Virus record (IMG/VR): IMGVR_UViG_3300045988_078088
Span: 1-19,154 of that record
DNA from: a virus
Reading direction: 5' to 3' (one strand)
Length of the DNA: 19,154 nt
Part shown: piece by piece, positions 1 to 5,334 of the stretch
How positions within the stretch are numbered: the stretch's first letter is position 1
How the letters are laid out: every line of letters starts with the position of its first letter
Translations under genes and position numbers: made by a program
The notes under the pieces: model-generated
Database searches by the model: none
What the model saw: the letters and a program-made list of their open reading frames with translations, nothing else
What the model was told of the DNA's origin: nothing

Positions 1-107
1 GAGGGGTGTGGGTTTGTGTGAAGATTTTCCCTTGTGGTTTTTTTTATTTGTGTATTATTTTTTTTTGTTCTGCGTCTTCGTTGTCACTTTGTTTTGTTTA
101 TAGTCCT

Positions 108-136
108 ATTGTATTTTTTTTACGCCCACCTGTCAA
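108..136 (-). promoter_or_regulatory. Outward-facing sigma70/sigmaA-like promoter inside left ITR (TTGACA-17 nt-TACAAT)
   Basis: The minus strand reads TTGACA (136-131), then ggtgggcgtaaaaaaaa (17 nt), then TACAAT (113-108). The predicted start is near position 100, running off the genome end. Confidence 0.4.
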
Positions 137-170
137 GTTTTTTTATTTTCGGGCGTGTCGTTTTTTTTTA

Positions 171-185
171 TTGACACTGTGTCAA
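171..185. promoter_or_regulatory. 15-bp perfect palindrome TTGACACtGTGTCAA carrying TTGACA on both strands (operator and/or -35 element)
   Basis: ttgacac t gtgtcaa at 171-185. TTGACA at 171-176 is followed by weak -10-like TATATG (192-197, 15-nt spacer) or TATGCA (194-199, 17-nt spacer). A mirror copy lies in the right ITR at 18970-18984. Confidence 0.35.
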
Positions 186-218
186 TGGTTGTATATGCAA
201 CAATCCGTGTCCCGCTAA

Positions 219-259
219 GTTACGGTAACGTAACCGTAACCTACCGACCGGTAGGTAGG
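219..259. promoter_or_regulatory. Two adjacent dyad-symmetry elements in the ITR; the second is terminator-like on the inward strand
   Basis: The first dyad pairs GTTACGG (219-225) with CCGTAAC (234-240) around an 8-nt loop. The second pairs CCTACC (240-245) with GGTAGG (254-259), with ACCGGT at its centre. The second is followed by tgtttttattatttt. Confidence 0.4.
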
Positions 260-312
260 TGTTTTTATTATTTTGCTTTGTTTTGTTTTCGGACGTGTCG
301 TGTTTTTGTTTG

Positions 313-321
313 TGTTATGCT
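313..321 (+). promoter_or_regulatory. Extended -10-like element TGtTATGCT in ITR, upstream of the first gene at each end
   Basis: TG-t-TATGCT at 313-321 lies about 33 nt upstream of ATG 354, with a GGAAAGGAAA purine-rich RBS at 340-349. The mirror copy at 18834-18842 (-) lies upstream of ATG 18801. Confidence 0.3.
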
Positions 322-353
322 GTAGTTATCGGTTTCAAGGGAAAGGAAATAAA

Positions 354-473
354 ATGAACACCGTTGTTTCGTTTGATTGGTGGAACAAGTCCATCACAGT
401 GGCATTCACTGACTACAATACCGTGCACTATTTTTCGATGGGCAATTACGTTTTTGCTTGCCAAGCGTGTTGA
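354..473 (+). CDS. Hypothetical early protein, 39 aa (MNTVVSFDWWNK...)
   Basis: The ATG falls exactly at the ITR boundary and is preceded by a purine-rich RBS inside the ITR. The longer track ORF from 273 only adds translation of the T-rich ITR. I recognised no homology. Confidence 0.4.
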   Translation: MNTVVSFDWWNKSITVAFTDYNTVHYFSMGNYVFACQAC

Positions 474-487
474 AAAGGAGAATTGAT

Positions 488-556
488 ATGCTTGCTTCTG
501 TCCTTGTTGTCTGCGCGTGTGTTGTTGGTGTTGTTGTCGTTTTTGGTATGATATAG
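488..556 (+). CDS. 22-aa hydrophobic peptide (MLASVLVVCACVVGVVVVFGMI)
   Basis: A strong RBS, AAAGGAG (474-480), lies 7 nt before ATG 488. The peptide is entirely hydrophobic. It is below the ORF-track cutoff, so I translated it by hand. Confidence 0.3.
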   Translation: MLASVLVVCACVVGVVVVFGMI

Positions 557-570
557 GAGTGGTTGCTTTG

Positions 571-759
571 ATGGTCTTCCGGTTCGTTGGGTGTGCGATT
601 TTGTTTTTCGCGCTCGTGGTGGGTATTTCTCTCGCTGTTGTCGGCTTGAGTGATTCCACGCATGATGATTTTCGTGACGTGATGTTGCTTATTGCCATCA
701 CGGTGACATTGTGTTTGGTTGCCGCCGCCCTACTGATTTTTCTTTTGACATGTGATTAG
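571..759 (+). CDS. Small membrane protein, 62 aa, two predicted TM helices
   Basis: AGGAG at 555-559 precedes ATG 571, which is in frame with track ORF 517..759. Two hydrophobic stretches (FVGCAILFFALVVGISLAVVGL and VMLLIAITVTLCLVAAALLIFLL) flank a short acidic loop. Confidence 0.45.
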   Translation: MVFRFVGCAILFFALVVGISLAVVGLSDSTHDDFRDVMLLIAITVTLCLVAAALLIFLLTCD

Positions 760-773
760 GAAGGATGATTGAA

Positions 774-995
774 ATGCGTTATGGCGATATTCGTGTTGGA
801 AAGTTCAATAGCCCTCATATGGGTGGTGATGTGTGTATTGAATACTGCACGCACCAACATCTGTTTTACTTGGCGTACGGCTTGACTGCGGGAACCGCAC
901 GATGTGGTTATGATCCGACGAAGGCTAATGAAATGCGTGCTATGGTGTTGGATGCTATGGATATTGCGTCCACGCCACTCATGGATAGGAGTTGA
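774..995 (+). CDS. Hypothetical early protein, 73 aa
   Basis: This is track ORF 765..995. ATG 765 abuts the GGAAGG RBS (759-764), so ATG 774 with a 9-nt spacer is more plausible. I recognised no homology. Confidence 0.4.
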   Translation: MRYGDIRVGKFNSPHMGGDVCIEYCTHQHLFYLAYGLTAGTARCGYDPTKANEMRAMVLDAMDIASTPLMDRS

Positions 996-998
996 GCC

Positions 999-1202
999 AT
1001 GTATTTTCGTGGTTGGATACATTCATGGACATGCGGCACGTGCCCGGACGCTGACAGTTATTGGCGATTGCGAGCGTTTTGGGCCGGAAGACAACATAAG
1101 CGGAGCGCCACTAATCCGCCGAAACGGTGCCCCCGTCCTGACGTGTGGCTGAACATGTGGCTGTATGGTGACAGTGATTTCGTGGACGAATTGGAGTTTT
1201 GA
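999..1202 (+). CDS. Hypothetical early protein, 67 aa
   Basis: AGGAG (987-991) lies 7 nt before ATG 999. The protein has an acidic C-terminus (GDSDFVDELEF). The overlapping alternative frame 904..1152 also looks codon-like but lacks a credible start after 995. Confidence 0.3.
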   Translation: MYFRGWIHSWTCGTCPDADSYWRLRAFWAGRQHKRSATNPPKRCPRPDVWLNMWLYGDSDFVDELEF

Positions 1203-1205
1203 AAC

Positions 1206-1382
1206 ATGTATAGCACTTTCGTGGCTCTCGCATATTTGAGGGATGCGCGCAAACCGCCTATCGAAGTTGGCTACGCCCCCTCGTACAAGGATGCGGCAGA
1301 CTTGATTAAAAAGTGGGCGGCTATCCGCTCTCATACGGAGAATATCAGCTATTTCCGCGTTGAGGAGCGGTATTATGTTTAG
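1206..1382 (+). CDS. Hypothetical early protein, 58 aa (MYSTFVALAYLRDARKPP...)
   Basis: Hand-translated, since it is below the track cutoff. GGAG lies 9 nt upstream. The 3' end overlaps the next gene's start by 8 nt. Confidence 0.4.
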   Translation: MYSTFVALAYLRDARKPPIEVGYAPSYKDAADLIKKWAAIRSHTENISYFRVEERYYV

Positions 1383-1890
1383 GCGCGGTGATGACAGGCG
1401 GCCTATCTACCGCATGCGTGACTTCGATGACGCGATCATGGAAAGCAAACGTATTGCCCGTGCTACGAAAGGCCATAAGCGTGAGCTGAACTTGAAGCGG
1501 TTTGATATGGGGTACGGCGATTTTGAAACGTGCTGCCGTGCCGTGAACATGCTATGCGAACTGTGGCGTGACACGCCTAGTGAATGGTTTTCGCAAGCGA
1601 TTGTTACCGTGTCACAGATCGCGGGCAGTCTGGGCACTTGGGACAGTTTGGCGACTGCATTGTCTAGGACGTTCGATGTCGAATATCTTGACGGCTTCAT
1701 CAATCCGCCTAACCTGATCGCATGGTGCGCCGTCTGCGCCGTCAAGGGCGGCACCTCATACGACTGCTGCACGATTTTCGATACTCCGCAAGCGCAAAAC
1801 TTGATTATCGCAGTGTTCAAAAATTTTGACAGACTGGACACGAAACGATATAATGACAATGAATTGCAAAAAATCTTACAAGGAGTGTGA
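1375..1890 (+). CDS. Hypothetical early protein, 171 aa, Cys-rich
   Basis: This is track ORF 1360..1890. GAGGAG (1362-1367) lies 7 nt before ATG 1375. I recognised no homology. Confidence 0.6.
   Translation: MFRRGDDRRPIYRMRDFDDAIMESKRIARATKGHKRELNLKRFDMGYGDFETCCRAVNMLCELWRDTPSEWFSQAIVTVSQIAGSLGTWDSLATALSRTFDVEYLDGFINPPNLIAWCAVCAVKGGTSYDCCTIFDTPQAQNLIIAVFKNFDRLDTKRYNDNELQKILQGV
1826..1854 (+). promoter_or_regulatory. Perfect-consensus sigma70/sigmaA promoter TTGACA-17 nt-TATAAT driving the replication module
   Basis: TTGACA at 1826-1831, a 17-nt spacer at 1832-1848, and TATAAT at 1849-1854. It sits inside the 3' end of CDS 1375..1890, about 40 nt upstream of the AAGGAG RBS and ATG 1895. Confidence 0.6.
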
Positions 1891-1894
1891 ACAC

Positions 1895-2209
1895 ATGGCT
1901 AGGACTAAAACCGATATCTTCCGCACGCGCGTCTATGCCGTGCTCAAGGGCATGGAATTGGCGGACGGCGATTTCATGGAAGCCGAACACGTTATCGACG
2001 GACGCTTGAAGGATGCACGCGCGTATTCGATTCGTGCGAAGAGACTGTTTCCGAATTTCATTCCGCGTTCCATTGAAATTTTTTCGCAAAAAGTCTCTAT
2101 GAACGAGGAAACTTTCTACAAGTATGCAACCTTTGAGGAACCGCAGAAGTGGAACCCTGAAGAGCATACAAAACGACACGCCGACGTTGAAAATAACGAA
2201 GACGTGTGA
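1895..2209 (+). CDS. Putative phi29 p6-like dsDNA-binding (histone-like) protein, 104 aa
   Basis: AGGAG lies 9 nt before ATG 1895, which is in frame with track ORF 1826..2209. Size, acidic C-tail and position immediately upstream of the SSB match phi29 gene 6. Loose collinear similarity by eye: IFRTRVYAV...DG...RAKRLF...SMNEETFYKYAT. Confidence 0.4.
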   Translation: MARTKTDIFRTRVYAVLKGMELADGDFMEAEHVIDGRLKDARAYSIRAKRLFPNFIPRSIEIFSQKVSMNEETFYKYATFEEPQKWNPEEHTKRHADVENNEDV

Positions 2210-2215
2210 TATAAA
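2207..2215 (+). promoter_or_regulatory. Extended -10-like element TGaTATAAA overlapping the stop codon of the p6-like gene
   Basis: TG-a-TATAAA at 2207-2215. It is followed by a small GCAA-loop hairpin (2219-2226 pairing with 2231-2238) and then the SSB RBS. Confidence 0.3.
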
Positions 2216-2270
2216 AGATTTTAGGCGCAAGCCTGAAAACAAATAACAACAATCTAGGAAAGGTTAAACA

Positions 2271-2708
2271 ATGGAAAACAACAGCAACACCGCACTCGTC
2301 GCATTCAATACCGAAAACACCGAACTCGGCACTGTCCAGCACTTCATCGACACTTCCACTCGTGAAGGCAAAATCAAGCTTTACAGTGCATTGCAGAACG
2401 CGGAAAAGCTTGACGAACATCTTAACGAGCCGTTGAACATGACAAACGCCGTCGCTCAGGCGGTGCAGGTGACGGACGACCAGACGGGAGAAATCTCCAA
2501 CACCGTGCGCGTCATCATCGTGACCGATGATAACAAGGCGTACGCGGCCACCTCACCGACTCTCGCCGCCGGACTCAACACCATGTTTGGCATCTTCGGC
2601 ACTCCGAACACTTGGACGGAACCGCTGTGCATCAAGGTGGTCGAACGCCGTTCTCGCCGTGGCTTCAAGTTTTTCAGCATTGAGCCGGTGGACGAAGAAG
2701 CGAAGTAA
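2271..2708 (+). CDS. phi29 p5-like single-stranded DNA-binding protein, 145 aa
   Basis: Collinear matches by eye to phi29 p5. EGKIKLYSA matches EGQIKIFNA, NAVAQAVQVTD matches NAIAQYKQVSD, and IKVVERRSRRGFKFFSIEP matches VKVVQGTSSKGNVFFSLQL. The RBS is AGGAAAGG. The gene sits between the p6-like gene and the TP candidate, as in phi29. Confidence 0.6.
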   Translation: MENNSNTALVAFNTENTELGTVQHFIDTSTREGKIKLYSALQNAEKLDEHLNEPLNMTNAVAQAVQVTDDQTGEISNTVRVIIVTDDNKAYAATSPTLAAGLNTMFGIFGTPNTWTEPLCIKVVERRSRRGFKFFSIEPVDEEAK

Positions 2709-2711
2709 ACT

Positions 2712-2720
2712 TGCTATAAT
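2712..2720 (+). promoter_or_regulatory. Extended -10 promoter element TGcTATAAT
   Basis: TG-c-TATAAT at 2712-2720, 4 nt after the SSB stop codon and upstream of the TP candidate. Confidence 0.35.
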
Positions 2721-2740
2721 CGCAATGTGAGTTCACCATG

Positions 2741-2763
2741 AGAGCACCCTTGTCGGGTGCTCT
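2741..2763 (+). promoter_or_regulatory. 9-bp stem-loop in the leader of the TP-polymerase message
   Basis: AGAGCACCC (2741-2749) pairs with GGGTGCTCT (2755-2763) around the loop ttgtc. There is no clear U-tract, only tctctctatc. It lies between the 2712 promoter element and the RBS AAAGGA at 2773-2778. Confidence 0.4.
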
Positions 2764-2786
2764 CTCTATCTGAAAGGACTGCAACC

Positions 2787-3848
2787 ATGTCACGGAAGAG
2801 GAAGAAGCCAGCACCCCGCGCAGTCGTATCACAGAACTATCGCACACACCAAAAGCCGGATACCAGCAATGTCGCCATCAAAGCCGATAGGCAACAACGC
2901 AAGCACATCAAGAAAATTCAAGCCGCGCGAGCCCGCGCCGCACGCGACATTAAACAACTCGGCTCGTACTCACACTCGAATCTCGCCAAAACCGCAGACA
3001 AACAACTAGTCAACATTGCCAAAACGTTAGGCAAAGAGTGGGAGCGGCAGAAGAAACAGGCCATAGCGGAAGCGAAAGCAACACCATACCATGCCACCGC
3101 CGTGGAGAAGCCGACGAAAAAAGACTACATGTTCGCCCAACGCACGCCCATCACGGACGCGCAGATCGAAGCGGAACCGGTGGCGAAACGACGTAAACTG
3201 CTCAGACAGCAGCAGCGGAAAATCAATGCGGCACGACGGAAAATCAACGAATGGAACAAAGCTCAGGCCATGCCCGCAAAAAGCGTGTACGAGCAACGCG
3301 TGGCCGAAATCACCGGAACCACCGGCGAGGGATTCGGACGCAATCAGATCATTCCATCAAAACTCACCGATTTTCTGCAAATGGCGAACGTGTTGAGCGA
3401 TGAAGCGTTTGTGCGCTCACAACTGGAAAGCGGACACCGTAACGAACTGCTTGAGCAGATGCATGACGCCGCTGAAATACTGGGATTGCGCACCGAACAG
3501 AAACACGAACCATCCAAAAAGCGGGGAACGGGCAAGCGGGATAAAGACTTGTATGGCGAGCATGAATGGCCATCATACATGTCACGCGGACGCTATGAGG
3601 TTTTCGAGAAAATCTTGGCCACCACGCTCGGCTCGAAACGATTGAAACGATTCCGTCAACTATCGGCCGCGCAAAAGAGGGTTTTTATCGAACAGACGGA
3701 CGCCCCCCGTATTGTGTTCGACTGGACGGTATACGATCCAGTTCGGCACGGTTTCACATCGATATTCCGAAACAATGGTGAGGGTTATCAGCGTTCCCGC
3801 AAGCAGTTCGACAGGTGGATGACGGAAGCGGGCGCACTGGAAAAGTAG
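2787..3848 (+). CDS. Candidate terminal (priming) protein, 353 aa, highly basic
   Basis: The gene lies immediately upstream of the protein-primed DNA polymerase, the position of phi29 gene 3. It has a Lys/Arg-rich N-terminus (MSRKRKKPAPR...) and multiple basic helical stretches. AAAGGA lies 8 nt before ATG 2787. I saw no direct sequence similarity to phi29 TP. Confidence 0.5.
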   Translation: MSRKRKKPAPRAVVSQNYRTHQKPDTSNVAIKADRQQRKHIKKIQAARARAARDIKQLGSYSHSNLAKTADKQLVNIAKTLGKEWERQKKQAIAEAKATPYHATAVEKPTKKDYMFAQRTPITDAQIEAEPVAKRRKLLRQQQRKINAARRKINEWNKAQAMPAKSVYEQRVAEITGTTGEGFGRNQIIPSKLTDFLQMANVLSDEAFVRSQLESGHRNELLEQMHDAAEILGLRTEQKHEPSKKRGTGKRDKDLYGEHEWPSYMSRGRYEVFEKILATTLGSKRLKRFRQLSAAQKRVFIEQTDAPRIVFDWTVYDPVRHGFTSIFRNNGEGYQRSRKQFDRWMTEAGALEK

Positions 3849-3875
3849 TAGACGGCAAACAAGGGAAGTTATACC

Positions 3876-5327
3876 ATGACCACGCAAGAAAAAAGGGTTG
3901 GATTATGGTGCGCTGATGACGTCATACGCTTTACGGACGGCACCGTCCTGCGTGACATCACCGCGCCCAATCGCCTTTTGGCGTCCATCATGTCAGGCGG
4001 CAAACTCACCGTCTACGTGACTAATCCAGAATTGCTTGAACCGTTTATGGCTCACGTCGTACATTCTCTCCCGCACAACGAGCATAATGCTAACCTGAGC
4101 TGGGATGCGATAGTGTCGAAAAAAGGCAAATTTTTCAGTTTTAGCGTGCGTATCGACCGCGAAAATTCCGCACGATTTTTCGACATATCGAATCTTCTGC
4201 GGGAGAATTGCCGTCTCACCATGACCGATACGCAATTGCTCAACATTCTGCGTGAGTATGACAACCGTGGCTTGTGCAAAATCACGGCGGGCGGGGCAAG
4301 TATGGAGGCGTTCGCGTCCGGCGAGTGGAAATGGTATTACGACAAATTTCCACAACTCGAAACCGACGTCAAAAAGTCATTGCATGACGCTTATATCGGC
4401 GGTTTAATGTTGGTCAAGGAAGGGACGTATGGCAAGGCCATCGACGTGGACTGCAACAGCATGTATCCGAGCATTCTGCGTGACGAATGGCTGCCGTGGG
4501 GGGAGCCGGAACCATACAACGGCGAGTACGAGGAAGATAGCGATATGCCGTTGCATTGTGATGAACTCACGTTTCGCGCGGAACTCAAACCGGACGGATA
4601 CCCCTTTCTGCTCGACAACCGCAGCGTGTACGGCCTCAACCGTCTCACCTCTACACGCGGTTACGTCACGCGCGTGCTCACCGACATTGACCAAGAACTG
4701 CTCTATAAGAATTATGAAGTGAGTGTCTACAAGTATGTTAGGGGGTGGAAATTCCGCCGCTCCAAGGGTTTCTTCCGTTCGTTTATCGACGAATGGGGGG
4801 ACTTGAAGCAGAAGGCGACTGGCGAGAAACGGCAAATGGCGAAACTCATCATGAACGCACTCGTCGGCAAAATGGCGAGTCTGCCGAAAGGCGCCGTCAT
4901 GCTCCCACTATCAAAAGACGGCATAACATTGGATTGGGATGTCGCACAACGTGAAGAATCGAATCTGAAAACCGACTACTTGCCCGTGCCTATTTGGGTC
5001 AACACCTACGCCCGCCGAAAGCTTATGGACGTGTGCCACGCGAACGCCGACCGGCTACTGTATGCGAACACGGACGGGTGCATCCTATCCGGCTGGGAAC
5101 CCGTGAAGTCGTGCGAGATACACTCGACCGAACTCGGCAAGTGGAAGATCGCCGCACGATACGAAAAACTTACCGTCCTTGGAATGAACCGTTATCAAGG
5201 ATGGCGAGATGACGGCGAAGTGGATGTCTGCATGGCCGGAAACATGTTTTCGGAACCCATTCCGTACGAGCGATTCCGGCATGGCGCGCAAGTCATGGAT
5301 GATTACGGAACCGTGATTATGTTATAA
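3876..5327 (+). CDS. Family-B protein-primed DNA polymerase (phi29 gp2-like), 483 aa
   Basis: Collinear with phi29 DNAP from residue ~136 to the C-terminus. ITAGGASMEAF matches MTAGSDSLKGF. Motif A is DVDCNSMYPS (nt 4443-4472). LPWGEPEPYNGEY matches LPYGEPIVFEGKY. FFRSFIDEW matches LFKDFIDKW. Motif B is KLIMNALVGK (4842-4871) and motif C is YANTDG (5061-5078). Confidence 0.93.
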   Translation: MTTQEKRVGLWCADDVIRFTDGTVLRDITAPNRLLASIMSGGKLTVYVTNPELLEPFMAHVVHSLPHNEHNANLSWDAIVSKKGKFFSFSVRIDRENSARFFDISNLLRENCRLTMTDTQLLNILREYDNRGLCKITAGGASMEAFASGEWKWYYDKFPQLETDVKKSLHDAYIGGLMLVKEGTYGKAIDVDCNSMYPSILRDEWLPWGEPEPYNGEYEEDSDMPLHCDELTFRAELKPDGYPFLLDNRSVYGLNRLTSTRGYVTRVLTDIDQELLYKNYEVSVYKYVRGWKFRRSKGFFRSFIDEWGDLKQKATGEKRQMAKLIMNALVGKMASLPKGAVMLPLSKDGITLDWDVAQREESNLKTDYLPVPIWVNTYARRKLMDVCHANADRLLYANTDGCILSGWEPVKSCEIHSTELGKWKIAARYEKLTVLGMNRYQGWRDDGEVDVCMAGNMFSEPIPYERFRHGAQVMDDYGTVIML

Positions 5328-5328
5328 T
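5320..5328 (+). promoter_or_regulatory. Extended -10 promoter element TGtTATAAT overlapping the polymerase stop codon
   Basis: TG-t-TATAAT at 5320-5328. The polymerase TAA stop is at 5325-5327. Confidence 0.35.
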
Positions 5329-5334
5329 CGTCAT

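Larger units (their letters stand above)
1..357. repeat. Left inverted terminal repeat (357 bp)
   Basis: Bases 1-357 are the exact reverse complement of 18798-19154, checked block by block. ORF-track translations 6..218(+) and 18937..19149(-) are identical. Identity stops right after ATGA at 354-357. The top strand is very T/G-rich and A-poor, with T-runs at 38-45, 58-66, 114-121, 138-144 and 161-169. Confidence 0.95.

Noticed and set aside
6-218. 70-aa ORF inside the left ITR (identical copy at 18937..19149 on the minus strand)
   Set aside because: The Phe/Cys/Leu-rich translation simply reflects the T/G-rich repeat. There is no RBS. It spans promoter-like and palindromic elements, and it would have to start 5 nt from the DNA end.
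273-353. N-terminal extensions (MLCFVFGRVVFLFVLCCSYRFQGKGNK) of track ORFs 273..473 and 18544..18882
   Set aside because: Both are the same ITR sequence read through from a TTG. A purine-rich RBS followed by ATG sits exactly at the ITR boundary, so starts at 354 and 18801 are preferred.
745-773. TTGACA hexamers at 745-750, and others at 9772, 10963, 14609 and 15224, as promoters
   Set aside because: None has a -10-like hexamer at 16-18 nt, and all but the first lie deep inside coding sequence.
904-1152. Alternative 82-aa + strand frame overlapping 774-995 and 999-1202
   Set aside because: It looks codon-like downstream of 1000. However, its only starts (GTG 904, ATG 910) lie inside the preceding ORF without an RBS, and no start or SD exists after 995. 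I kept it as an uncertainty, which is why 999-1202 has low confidence.
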